Below, in pieces: positions 11,542 through 21,283 of a DNA stretch of 64,000 nt (position 1 is the stretch's first letter; each line of letters opens with the position of its first letter). A program made the position numbers and the translations under genes. The stretch lies in the NCBI RefSeq assembly GCF_055900595.2, contig NZ_CM148325.1. One strand, given 5' to 3'. Below the pieces are notes generated by a model. The model was not told the origin of the DNA, did no database searches, and worked only from the letters and a program-made list of their open reading frames with translations.

Positions 11542-13149
11542 ATGCGTATTTCCTTGAAAAAGTCAGGGATGCTGAAGCTTGGTCTCAGCCTGGTGGCTAT
11601 GACCGTCGCAGCAAGTGTTCAGGCTAAAACTCTGGTTTATTGCTCAGAAGGCTCTCCGGAAGGGTTTAACCCGCAGCTGTTTACCTCCGGCACCACCTAT
11701 GACGCCTCTTCCGTACCGCTTTATAACCGCCTGGTTGAATTTAAAATCGGCACCACTGAAGTGATTCCGGGCCTCGCTGAAAAGTGGGAAGTCAGCGAAG
11801 ACGGTAAAACCTATACCTTCCATCTGCGTAAAGGTGTGAAGTGGCATAACAACAAAGAATTCAAACCGACGCGCGAACTGAATGCCGATGACGTGGTGTT
11901 CTCGTTCGATCGTCAGAAAAACGCACAAAACCCGTACCATAAAGTTTCTGGCGGCAGCTACGAATACTTCGAAGGTATGGGCTTGCCGGAGCTGATCAGC
12001 GAAGTGAAAAAGGTGGACGACAACACCGTTCAGTTTGTGCTGACTCGCCCGGAAGCGCCGTTCCTTGCTGACCTTGCAATGGACTTCGCCTCTATTCTGT
12101 CAAAAGAATATGCTGACGCGATGATGAAAGCCGGTACGCCGGAAAAACTGGACCTCAACCCAATCGGCACCGGCCCGTTCCAGTTACAGCAGTATCAAAA
12201 AGATTCCCGTATCCGCTACAAAGCGTTTGATGGCTACTGGGGCACCAAACCACAGATCGATACGCTGGTCTTCTCTATTACCCCTGACGCTTCCGTGCGT
12301 TACGCTAAATTGCAGAAAAATGAATGCCAGGTGATGCCGTACCCGAACCCGGCAGATATCGCCCGCATGAAGCAGGATAAATCCATCAACCTGATGGAAA
12401 TGCCGGGGCTGAACGTCGGCTATCTCTCGTATAACGTGCAGAAAAAACCACTGGATGACGTGAAAGTTCGCCAGGCTCTGACCTACGCAGTGAACAAAGA
12501 CGCCATCATCAAAGCAGTTTATCAGGGCGCGGGCGTAGCAGCGAAAAACCTGATCCCACCAACCATGTGGGGCTATAACGACGACGTTCAGGACTACACC
12601 TACGATCCTGAAAAAGCGAAAGCCTTGCTGAAAGAAGCGGGCCTGGAAAAAGGCTTCTCCATCGACCTGTGGGCGATGCCGGTACAGCGTCCGTATAACC
12701 CGAACGCTCGCCGCATGGCGGAGATGATCCAGGCTGACTGGGCGAAAGTGGGCGTACAGGCCAAAATCGTTACGTATGAATGGGGTGAGTACCTCAAGCG
12801 TGCGAAAGATGGCGAGCACCAGACGGTAATGATGGGCTGGACTGGCGATAACGGGGATCCGGATAACTTCTTCGCTACCCTGTTCAGCTGCGCTGCCTCT
12901 GAACAAGGCTCCAACTACTCAAAATGGTGCTACAAACCGTTTGAAGATCTGATTCAACCGGCGCGTGCTACCGACGACCACAACAAGCGTGTTGAACTGT
13001 ACAAACAAGCACAGGTCGTGATGCACGATCAGGCTCCGGCACTGATCATCGCTCACTCCACCGTGTTTGAACCGGTACGCAAAGAAGTTAAAGGCTATGT
13101 GGTTGATCCATTAGGCAAACATCACTTCGAAAACGTCTCTATCGAATAA
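11542..13149 (+). CDS. dppA: dipeptide ABC transporter periplasmic binding protein
   Basis: 535-aa ORF with signal peptide, recognised as DppA; CA-rich leader (AACAACAAACATCACAATTGGAGCAG) just upstream matches the kind of site targeted by GcvB sRNA. Confidence 0.93.
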   Translation: MRISLKKSGMLKLGLSLVAMTVAASVQAKTLVYCSEGSPEGFNPQLFTSGTTYDASSVPLYNRLVEFKIGTTEVIPGLAEKWEVSEDGKTYTFHLRKGVKWHNNKEFKPTRELNADDVVFSFDRQKNAQNPYHKVSGGSYEYFEGMGLPELISEVKKVDDNTVQFVLTRPEAPFLADLAMDFASILSKEYADAMMKAGTPEKLDLNPIGTGPFQLQQYQKDSRIRYKAFDGYWGTKPQIDTLVFSITPDASVRYAKLQKNECQVMPYPNPADIARMKQDKSINLMEMPGLNVGYLSYNVQKKPLDDVKVRQALTYAVNKDAIIKAVYQGAGVAAKNLIPPTMWGYNDDVQDYTYDPEKAKALLKEAGLEKGFSIDLWAMPVQRPYNPNARRMAEMIQADWAKVGVQAKIVTYEWGEYLKRAKDGEHQTVMMGWTGDNGDPDNFFATLFSCAASEQGSNYSKWCYKPFEDLIQPARATDDHNKRVELYKQAQVVMHDQAPALIIAHSTVFEPVRKEVKGYVVDPLGKHHFENVSIE

Positions 13150-13186
13150 TTAAAAGCCATACAAGGTTGATGGCAAACGCAAAACT

Positions 13187-13286
13187 GCCGGATGCGCTCC
13201 GCTTATCAGGCCTACGAGAGTTCTGCAATGTATTGAGTTTGCACGATTTTGTAGGCCGGATAAGGCGTTCACGCCGTATCCGGCAT
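13187..13286. repeat. REP/BIME element in the dppA-dppB intergenic region
   Basis: inverted pair GCCGGATGCG...TTATCAGGCCTAC / GTAGGCCGGATAAGGCGTTCACGCCGTATCCGGC. Confidence 0.75.
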
Positions 13287-13456
13287 GACCAAAGCGTACT
13301 TTGTCAACAATCTGCATACCCGGTGGTGCTGTGCCTTTAAGTGCAGCGCCATCCGGCAGCAATACTTAATTCCCTGTCCTATAAGGGCGGGAATTGATTT
13401 GTGAGCAATACAGACTCGCAGTTCCAGGCTGCGGGTCACTACAGAGAATCCGGGTT

Positions 13457-14476
13457 ATGTTGCAGTTTATTCTCCGACGTTTGGGGCTCGTCATCCCCAC
13501 GTTTATCGGTATTACCCTTCTCACATTTGCCTTTGTCCACATGATCCCTGGCGATCCGGTGATGATCATGGCGGGTGAACGTGGGATCTCCCCAGAGCGT
13601 CACGCGCAATTGCTGGCAGAACTCGGCTTGGATAAACCGATGTGGCAGCAGTATCTCCATTACATTTGGGGCGTAATGCACGGTGATTTAGGCATTTCGA
13701 TGAAAAGCCGAATTCCGGTATGGGAAGAGTTCGTGCCGCGCTTCCAGGCCACGCTGGAACTTGGCGTCTGCGCAATGATTTTTGCGACCGCGGTCGGCAT
13801 TCCGGTTGGTGTGCTGGCTGCGGTTAAACGCGGTTCTATTTTCGATCATACAGCCGTTGGCCTGGCGCTGACCGGCTACTCGATGCCGATCTTCTGGTGG
13901 GGCATGATGCTGATCATGCTGGTTTCGGTGCACTGGAACCTGACGCCTGTCTCCGGTCGCGTGAGCGACATGGTATTCCTCGATGATTCCAATCCGTTAA
14001 CCGGTTTTATGCTGATCGACACCGCCATCTGGGGTGAAGACGGTAACTTTATCGATGCCGTCGCCCATATGATCCTGCCCGCCATTGTGCTGGGTACTAT
14101 CCCGCTGGCGGTCATTGTACGTATGACGCGCTCCTCGATGCTGGAAGTGCTGGGCGAGGATTACATCCGCACCGCGCGTGCCAAAGGGCTGACCCGCCTT
14201 AGGGTGATTATCGTCCATGCGCTGCGTAATGCCATGCTGCCGGTGGTGACCGTTATCGGCCTGCAGGTGGGAACATTGCTGGCAGGCGCGATTCTGACCG
14301 AAACCATCTTCTCGTGGCCAGGTCTGGGGCGCTGGTTGATTGACGCGCTGCAACGCCGCGATTATCCGGTAGTGCAGGGAGGTGTATTACTGGTGGCGAC
14401 GATGATTATCCTCGTCAACCTGCTGGTCGATCTGCTGTACGGCGTGGTGAACCCGCGTATTCGTCATAAGAAGTAA
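13457..14476 (+). CDS. dppB: dipeptide ABC transporter permease
   Basis: ORF-track 13394..14476 trimmed to ATG 13457 (MLQFILRRLGLV...), 339 aa. Confidence 0.92.
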   Translation: MLQFILRRLGLVIPTFIGITLLTFAFVHMIPGDPVMIMAGERGISPERHAQLLAELGLDKPMWQQYLHYIWGVMHGDLGISMKSRIPVWEEFVPRFQATLELGVCAMIFATAVGIPVGVLAAVKRGSIFDHTAVGLALTGYSMPIFWWGMMLIMLVSVHWNLTPVSGRVSDMVFLDDSNPLTGFMLIDTAIWGEDGNFIDAVAHMILPAIVLGTIPLAVIVRMTRSSMLEVLGEDYIRTARAKGLTRLRVIIVHALRNAMLPVVTVIGLQVGTLLAGAILTETIFSWPGLGRWLIDALQRRDYPVVQGGVLLVATMIILVNLLVDLLYGVVNPRIRHKK

Positions 14477-14485
14477 GGGGGCATC

Positions 14486-15388
14486 ATGTCACAGGTTACT
14501 GAAAATAAAGTGATTAGCGCACCGGTGCCGATGACCCCGTTACAGGAGTTCTGGCACTATTTTAAACGCAACAAAGGCGCGGTCGTCGGGCTGGTTTACG
14601 TCGTCATCGTGTTGTTTATCGCGATCTTTGCCAACTGGATTGCGCCGTATAACCCGGCGGAACAGTTCCGCGATGCACTGCTCGCCCCGCCAGCCTGGCA
14701 GGAAGGCGGCAGCATGGCGCACTTGCTTGGCACCGATGACGTAGGCCGTGATGTGCTGTCGCGGCTGATGTACGGCGCGCGCTTGTCGCTGCTGGTTGGT
14801 TGTCTGGTGGTGGTGTTGTCGCTGATTATGGGCGTTATTCTCGGCCTGATCGCCGGTTACTTTGGCGGTCTGGTTGATAACATCATCATGCGCGTGGTCG
14901 ATATCATGCTGGCGCTGCCAAGTCTGCTGCTGGCGCTTGTGTTGGTGGCTATCTTCGGCCCGTCGATTGGTAACGCCGCGCTGGCACTGACCTTTGTTGC
15001 GCTGCCGCACTATGTGCGCTTAACCCGCGCCGCCGTGCTGGTGGAGGTGAATCGAGATTACGTCACCGCGTCTCGCGTGGCGGGGGCCGGGGCGATGCGC
15101 CAGATGTTTATTAACATCTTCCCGAACTGCCTTGCGCCGCTGATTGTTCAGGCGTCGCTCGGTTTCTCTAACGCCATTCTCGATATGGCTGCTCTTGGTT
15201 TCCTCGGTATGGGGGCGCAGCCGCCAACACCGGAGTGGGGCACCATGCTCTCCGACGTATTGCAGTTCGCGCAAAGCGCCTGGTGGGTCGTAACCTTCCC
15301 CGGTCTGGCGATCCTGCTGACGGTGCTGGCATTTAACCTGATGGGTGACGGTCTGCGTGACGCGCTCGATCCCAAACTGAAGCAGTAA
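14486..15388 (+). CDS. dppC: dipeptide ABC transporter permease
   Basis: 300-aa ORF, membrane permease, in operon after dppB. Confidence 0.92.
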
Positions 15389-15398
15389 GAGGTTCGAG

Positions 15399-16382
15399 AT
15401 GGCGTTATTAAATGTAGATAAATTATCGGTGCATTTCGGCGACGAAAGCGCACCGTTCCGCGCCGTAGACCGCATCAGCTACAGCGTGAAACAAGGCGAA
15501 GTGGTCGGAATTGTGGGTGAGTCTGGCTCCGGTAAGTCGGTCAGTTCACTGGCGATTATGGGGCTGATTGATTATCCGGGCCGCGTGATGGCAGAAAAGC
15601 TGGAGTTTAACGGCCAGGATTTGCAGCGTATCTCAGAAAAAGAGCGCCGCAACCTGGTGGGCGCCGAAGTGGCGATGATCTTCCAGGACCCGATGACCAG
15701 CCTCAACCCGTGTTACACCGTAGGTTTCCAGATTATGGAAGCAATTAAGGTACATCAGGGCGGTAATAAGAGCACTCGCCGTCAGCGGGCGATTGATCTG
15801 CTGAATCAGGTCGGTATTCCCGATCCGGCATCGCGTCTGGATGTTTACCCGCATCAGCTTTCTGGCGGCATGAGCCAGCGTGTGATGATCGCCATGGCGA
15901 TTGCCTGTCGGCCAAAACTGCTGATTGCTGATGAGCCGACCACCGCGCTGGACGTGACCATTCAGGCACAAATCATCGAACTGCTGCTGGAGCTGCAGCA
16001 GAAAGAGAACATGGCGCTGGTGTTGATTACCCATGACCTGGCGCTGGTGGCGGAAGCGGCGCATAAAATCATCGTCATGTATGCAGGCCAGGTGGTGGAA
16101 ACGGGCGATGCCCACGCCATCTTCCATGCACCGCGTCATCCGTATACTCAGGCATTGCTGCGCGCGCTGCCGGAATTTGCCCAGGACAAAGAACGTCTGG
16201 CGTCATTGCCTGGCGTCGTTCCTGGCAAATACGACCGTCCGAATGGCTGCCTGCTTAACCCGCGTTGTCCCTATGCCACTGACAGATGCCGCGCTGAAGA
16301 ACCGGCGTTGAATATGCTCGCTGACGGGCGTCAGTCCAAATGCCACTACCCACTTGATGATGCCGGGAGGCCCACACTATGA
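15399..16382 (+). CDS. dppD: dipeptide ABC transporter ATP-binding protein
   Basis: 327-aa ORF; Walker A GESGSGKS and ABC signature LSGGMSQR. Confidence 0.92.
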
Positions 16383-17383
16383 GTACGCAAGAGGCCACCC
16401 TGCAACAACCGCTGTTGCAGGCTATCGACCTGAAAAAACATTATCCGGTGAAGAAAGGCATGTTCGCGCCGGAACGTCTGGTTAAAGCGCTGGACGGAGT
16501 TTCGTTCAACCTTGAACGTGGCAAAACGCTGGCGGTAGTGGGTGAATCTGGCTGCGGTAAATCGACCCTCGGTCGGCTGCTGACGATGATCGAAACACCT
16601 ACCGGCGGCGAACTGTATTACCAGGGGCAGGATCTGCTCAAGCACGATCCGCAGGCGCAGAAGTTGCGTCGGCAGAAAATCCAGATCGTCTTCCAGAATC
16701 CCTATGGCTCGCTGAATCCGCGTAAAAAAGTTGGGCAAATTCTTGAAGAGCCGCTGCTGATCAACACCAGTTTAAGCAAAGAACAGCGTCGGGAAAAAGC
16801 GTTGTCGATGATGGCGAAAGTCGGCCTGAAAACCGAGCATTACGATCGCTATCCGCACATGTTCTCCGGCGGTCAGCGTCAGCGTATCGCCATTGCCCGT
16901 GGTCTGATGCTCGACCCGGATGTGGTGATTGCCGATGAACCGGTTTCCGCGCTGGACGTCTCGGTACGTGCGCAGGTGCTGAATCTGATGATGGATTTGC
17001 AGCAGGAACTGGGGCTGTCTTATGTCTTTATCTCGCACGACCTGTCGGTGGTGGAACACATTGCTGATGAAGTGATGGTGATGTACCTGGGCCGCTGCGT
17101 GGAGAAAGGTACGAAAGACCAAATCTTCAATAATCCGCGTCATCCGTACACCCAGGCGCTGCTTTCAGCAACACCGCGTCTGAATCCGGACGATCGTCGC
17201 GAGCGCATTAAGCTCACCGGTGAACTGCCAAGCCCGCTGAATCCACCGCCGGGTTGCGCCTTCAACGCCCGCTGTCGTCGGCGCTTCGGCCCCTGCACTC
17301 AGTTACAGCCGCAGCTAAAAGACTACGGCGGTCAACTGGTAGCTTGTTTTGCTGTTGATCAGGATGAAAATCCGCAGCGGTAA
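16379..17383 (+). CDS. dppF: dipeptide ABC transporter ATP-binding protein
   Basis: 334-aa ORF; Walker A GESGCGKS and signature FSGGQRQR; 4-bp overlap with dppD. Confidence 0.92.
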
Positions 17384-17412
17384 CTCACAAAACCGGGGCC
17401 ATGCGCTCCGGT

Positions 17413-18684
17413 TTACTCAATCAGCTTCAACAGTGGCGACAAGCATAACAAAATGCCGTACAGCAGAATCATCCAGGCTTTAAACCCGCGAAGTTTTTCC
17501 AGTTGTGAGACTTTATAGATCAGGAAAAATGGAATGAGGCACGACACAATGCCATATAACGGGCTTCCCAACTGAAAGAACACCAGCACCGATACACGAA
17601 ACGAAACCCAAATCGTCAACGTAATGACGATAAAAGCGCAGATCGCCAGAGTCAGCATGCGTGAGTTAATTTTCTTGGTATCAATAATTCGGCTTAACAG
17701 ATTGAGAATAATGCCTTTAATGGCCTCGTGGAAACCGAGATAAATGCCAAAGAATGCGGTCAGTACGGCAAAGATATTCAGCACCGTAGAGGTGATATGA
17801 ATGATATGCCCAGGGATCACCTGCGCGGCCAGTGCCAGTGCCGAGATATTTTGTTCAAAGGCAGAAACGGCTTCTTCGTGGCTAATTGAGAAGGTAAACG
17901 AAAAGGCAAAAAACAGGATCACCGCGATGAGCGTGACATAACTAATTCGGTGGGTACGCAGCGCGAGCCGGGTTGCCAGTACTTTATCCGCTTCCCGTTT
18001 ACGATAGGCAATATTCATTGGGTTAAGTACCTGAATAAATACCGCAGAAAAGAAGCAAAAGGGAATGGTAAGCAGGACATCGCGGAAAAAGACGGAGGCT
18101 TGCGGGAAGGCGGTTATATTGGCGAAATTCCAGTGCGGGATCATCGCAAAACCGAACACGACGATAATCCCTACTTTGACCACCACCATTGGCCCGGAAA
18201 TCTTAAACAGTAATCGTTCACCACCAGACGCAATTGCCACCAGTACGGCGAAAATGGCGACTTTATAAAGTAGAGATTGTGAAAGATCGGCATCGGTTAA
18301 ACCGAAGGTTTTCAGGTACGAGGCGCTGTCGAAAACCACGGAGAGAGAGTAGATAAAAATCCCGTGGATAATCATCAAAAAGTAGATAACCCCGAGGAAA
18401 ATTCCCCAGTTCTTCCCCAGGTAATGACTGATAATATCGGTGTAGTCATTACAGGAATCGCTTTCAGAAAGGGTTTTTAAATAAATGTCCTGCACTACCC
18501 AGGTGGCAGGATAAGCAATGATCGCTGCGGTAATAAATACCCAAATTCCCTTCAAGCCAATTTGTACTGGCATCAGCACGGTTCCGGCACCAATCGCCAT
18601 GCCTATGCATAATAAAACCCAGCCGAAGTCGTAGCGTGTAAACGGCATTTTCTGATCGTGTTTCGGTAGTGTGTTGTGCTGCAT
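17413..18684 (-). CDS. yhjV: amino-acid transporter-like inner membrane protein (HAAAP/serine-threonine transporter family)
   Basis: ORF-track 17413..18747 trimmed to Met at 18684 ([22 protein letters not shown]...), about 423 aa, polytopic. Confidence 0.85.
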   Translation of the reverse strand: MQHNTLPKHDQKMPFTRYDFGWVLLCIGMAIGAGTVLMPVQIGLKGIWVFITAAIIAYPATWVVQDIYLKTLSESDSCNDYTDIISHYLGKNWGIFLGVIYFLMIIHGIFIYSLSVVFDSASYLKTFGLTDADLSQSLLYKVAIFAVLVAIASGGERLLFKISGPMVVVKVGIIVVFGFAMIPHWNFANITAFPQASVFFRDVLLTIPFCFFSAVFIQVLNPMNIAYRKREADKVLATRLALRTHRISYVTLIAVILFFAFSFTFSISHEEAVSAFEQNISALALAAQVIPGHIIHITSTVLNIFAVLTAFFGIYLGFHEAIKGIILNLLSRIIDTKKINSRMLTLAICAFIVITLTIWVSFRVSVLVFFQLGSPLYGIVSCLIPFFLIYKVSQLEKLRGFKAWMILLYGILLCLSPLLKLIE

Positions 18685-19044
18685 AAAGTCCTGTCCAGAA
18701 AGAAGTCGGCCTCGCAAAAATGAATAAACCCAGTTTCTCTTGCGCAACAGGTGGAGAAGTCGAATACGCAGTATGTAAAAAATGAGGCAATAGATTCACT
18801 GGGGAGGTCGCGAGGAGGCGCAATTCTACAAAATTGCGCATTTCACTACCAGTCTGGAGTCAGCCCGGATATGAACTGCAACTATTGCAAATAAAGAAAT
18901 TAAGCTGGAAGGTATCACGCAATGAGGAAGGTTGCCGGGTGCTGACGGTAAAAAGCAATCGTAAAATCAGCGGCAAGCCGGAAAGGTTCCGGTGAGGCGC
19001 AATGTTGCGGGGGCTTAATCCCTGGTGGCATTGGTTGCTGGAGA

Positions 19045-19112
19045 GAGAAAACCCCCGCACGTTGCAGATATTCACCTGACAACATCACGGGGGCTAATCT
19101 TGAACCTAGACC
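19045..19112 (-). ncRNA. rdlD: candidate Rdl antisense RNA, module 1 (approximate ends)
   Basis: minus-strand hairpin CGGGGG...CCCCCG (19052-19093) followed by T-run; upstream on minus strand a candidate promoter TTGTAA-17-TATTCT; about 65 nt, antisense to the ldr leader. Confidence 0.45.
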
Positions 19113-19159
19113 ACTCAAGAATAGCCGCGAAACGTTGTCATTACAACACAGGCGGCTAT

Positions 19160-19267
19160 ATGACGCTCGCAGAACTGGGCATGGCCTTCTGGCATGATTT
19201 AGCGGCTCCGGTCATCGCTGGCATTCTTGCCAGCATGATCGTGAACTGGCTGAATAAGCGGAAGTAA
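19160..19267 (+). CDS. ldrD: LdrD-type type I toxin peptide, module 1 (35 aa)
   Basis: MTLAELGMAFWHDLAAPVIAGILASMIVNWLNKRK; single TM helix with basic C-terminus; recognised as Ldr family. Confidence 0.85.
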   Translation: MTLAELGMAFWHDLAAPVIAGILASMIVNWLNKRK

Positions 19268-19317
19268 CGTGTCAGACGGGCGTCAGGCTGCCGTAATGGC
19301 AATTTGCGCCCGGACCA

Positions 19318-19349
19318 GGCCGCAGGGATAAAACTCTGCGGCCTTTTTC
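19318..19349 (+). terminator. intrinsic terminator of ldr mRNA, module 1 (equivalents at about 19801, 20285, 20768)
   Basis: GGCCGCAGGGATAAAACTCTGCGGCC hairpin followed by TTTTT. Confidence 0.75.
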
Positions 19350-19527
19350 GTAAGAAAAATGCAACGGTTGCAAGCGGATAATATTCTGCGGAATGCGCAG
19401 CACAGAGTGAAGAAGTGACGGATTCCGGAACAGAAAAACAGTCGTAGAATCAGCGGCAAGCCGGAAGGGTTCCGGTGAGGCGCAATGTTGCGGGGGCTTT
19501 ATCCCTGGTGGCATTGGGTGCTGGAGA

Positions 19528-19595
19528 GAGAAAACCCCCGCACGTTGCAGGTATGCACCTGACAACACCACGGGGGCCATTCTTGCATCCAAACA
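19528..19595 (-). ncRNA. rdlD: candidate Rdl antisense RNA, module 2 (approximate ends)
   Basis: same architecture as module 1 shifted +483 bp; hairpin arms at 19535-19540 and 19571-19576; candidate -10 (plus-strand AGAATA) at 19601-19606. Confidence 0.45.
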
Positions 19596-19642
19596 ATACA
19601 AGAATAGCCGCGAAACGTTGTCATTACAACACAGGCGGCTAT

Positions 19643-19750
19643 ATGACGCTCGCAGAACTGGGCATGGCCTTCTGGCATGATTTAGCGGCTCCGGTCATTG
19701 CTGGCATTCTTGCCAGTCTGATCGTGAACTGGCTGAATAAGCGGAAGTAA
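19643..19750 (+). CDS. ldrD: LdrD-type type I toxin peptide, module 2 (35 aa)
   Basis: MTLAELGMAFWHDLAAPVIAGILASLIVNWLNKRK (M26L relative to module 1). Confidence 0.85.
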   Translation: MTLAELGMAFWHDLAAPVIAGILASLIVNWLNKRK

Positions 19751-20011
19751 CGTGTCAGACGGGCGTCAGGCTGCCGTAATGGCAATTTGCGCCCGGACCA
19801 GGCTGCAGGGATAAAACTCTGCGGCCTTTTTCGTAAGAAAAATGCAACGGTTGCAAGCGGATAATATTCTGCGGAATGCGCAGCACAGAGTGAAGAAGTG
19901 ATGGATTTCGACGAGCAAAAATGGCCGTAGAATCAGCGGCAAGCCGGAAGGGTTCCGGTGAGGCGCAATGTTGCGGGGGGCTTTATCCCTGGTGGCATTG
20001 GTTGCTGGAGA

Positions 20012-20079
20012 GAGAAAACCCCCGCACGTTGCAGGTATGCACCTGGCAACACCACGGGGGCCATTCTTGCATCTAGACC
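20012..20079 (-). ncRNA. rdlD: candidate Rdl antisense RNA, module 3 (approximate ends)
   Basis: hairpin arms at 20019-20024 and 20055-20060; -10 complement at 20085-20090. Confidence 0.45.
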
Positions 20080-20126
20080 ATTCAAGAATAGCCGTGAAAC
20101 GTTGTCATTACAACAGAGGCGGCTAT

Positions 20127-20234
20127 ATGACGCTCGCAGAACTGGGCATGGCCTTCTGGCATGATTTAGCGGCTCCGGTCATCGCTGGCATTCTTGCCAG
20201 TCTGATCGTGAACTGGCTGAACAAGCGGAAGTAA
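20127..20234 (+). CDS. ldrD: LdrD-type type I toxin peptide, module 3 (35 aa)
   Basis: MTLAELGMAFWHDLAAPVIAGILASLIVNWLNKRK. Confidence 0.85.
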   Translation: MTLAELGMAFWHDLAAPVIAGILASLIVNWLNKRK

Positions 20235-20494
20235 CGTGTCAGACGGGCGTCAGGCTGCCGTAATGGCAATTTGCGCCCGGATCAGGCCGCAGGGATAAAA
20301 CTCTGCGGCCTTTTTCGTAAGAAAAATGCAACGGTTGCAAGCGGATAATATTCTGCGGAATGCGCAGCACAGAGTGAAGAAGTGACGGATTCCGGAACAG
20401 AAAAACAGTCGTAGAATCAGCGGCAAGCCGGAAGGGTTCCGGTGAGGCGCAATGTTGCGGGGGCTTTATCCCTGGTGGCATTGGTTGCTGGAGA

Positions 20495-20562
20495 GAGAAA
20501 ACCCCCGCATATTGCAGGTATGCACCTGACAACATCACGGGGGCCATTCTTGAACCTACACA
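20495..20562 (-). ncRNA. rdlD: candidate Rdl antisense RNA, module 4 (approximate ends)
   Basis: periodic equivalent of modules 1-3; the -10 complement here reads AGAGTA, a weaker match. Confidence 0.4.
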
Positions 20563-20609
20563 ACTCAAGAGTAGCCGCGAAACGTTGTCATTACAACACT
20601 GGCGGCTAT

Positions 20610-20717
20610 ATGACGCTCGCAGAGCTGGGCATGGCCTTCTGGCACGATTTAGCGGCTCCGGTCATTGCTGGCATTCTTGCCAGTCTGATCGTGAACTGGC
20701 TGAACAAGCGGAAGTAA
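20610..20717 (+). CDS. ldrD: LdrD-type type I toxin peptide, module 4 (35 aa)
   Basis: MTLAELGMAFWHDLAAPVIAGILASLIVNWLNKRK. Confidence 0.85.
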   Translation: MTLAELGMAFWHDLAAPVIAGILASLIVNWLNKRK

Positions 20718-20977
20718 CGTGTCGGACGAGCGTCAGGCTGCCGTAATGGCAATTTGCGCCCGGACCAGGCCGCAGGGATAAAACTCTGCGGCCTTTTTCG
20801 TAAGAAAAATGCAACGGTTGCAAGCGGATAATATTCTGCGGAATGCGCAGCACAGAGTGAAGAAGTGACGGATTCCGGAACAGAAAAACAGTCGTAGAAT
20901 CAGCGGCAAGCCGGAAGGGTTCCGGTGAGGCGCAATGTTGCGGGGGCTTAATCCCTGGTGGCATTGGTTGCTGGAGA

Positions 20978-21045
20978 GAGAAAACCCCCGCACGTTGCAG
21001 GTATGCACCTGACAACATCACGGGGGCTAATCTTGAACCCAAACA
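20978..21045 (-). ncRNA. rdlD: candidate Rdl antisense RNA, module 5 (approximate ends)
   Basis: periodic equivalent; position relative to the ldr ORF and bcsG matches the K-12 ldrD/rdlD arrangement as I recall it. Confidence 0.45.
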
Positions 21046-21092
21046 ACTCAAGAATAGCCGCGAAACGTTGTCACTACAACAGAGGCGGCTAT

Positions 21093-21200
21093 ATGACGCT
21101 CGCAGAACTGGGCATGTCCTTCTGGCATGATTTAGCGGCTCCGGTCATTGCTGGCATTCTTGCCAGTCTGATCGTGAACTCGCTGAATAAGCGGAAGTAA
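21093..21200 (+). CDS. ldrD: LdrD-type type I toxin peptide, module 5, variant (35 aa)
   Basis: MTLAELGMSFWHDLAAPVIAGILASLIVNSLNKRK; A9S and W30S relative to modules 2-4. Confidence 0.75.
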   Translation: MTLAELGMSFWHDLAAPVIAGILASLIVNSLNKRK

Positions 21201-21250
21201 CGTGTCATGCGGGCGTCAGGCTGCCGTAATGGCAATTTGCGCCCGGATCA

Positions 21251-21283
21251 GGCCGCAGGGGTGAAACTCTGCGGCCTTTTTCG
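21251..21283 (+). terminator. intrinsic terminator of ldr mRNA, module 5, abutting the bcsG stop
   Basis: GGCCGCAGGGGTGAAACTCTGCGGCC followed by TTTTT; the bcsG stop codon (minus strand) lies at 21287-21289. Confidence 0.75.

Noticed and set aside
12184-12906. Antisense ORFs inside well-supported genes (e.g. 12184..12906 in dppA; 32878..33534 and 33622..34425 in bcsC; 53678..54253 in gadA; 26539..27030 in bcsA)
   Set aside because: They lie entirely within the opposite strand of strongly supported genes, lack RBS context, and are the expected by-product of GC-rich coding sequence.
19025-21200. Long ORF-track ORFs (80-129 aa) on both strands across the LDR modules, e.g. 19272..19601 (-), 20662..21051 (-), 19475..19750 (+)
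   Set aside because: They are produced by the repeat sequence itself and recur only because the unit is duplicated. The biologically supported product is the 35-aa Ldr peptide at the 3' end of the plus-strand frames; the minus-strand frames cover the leader and antisense region and have no RBS or start context.
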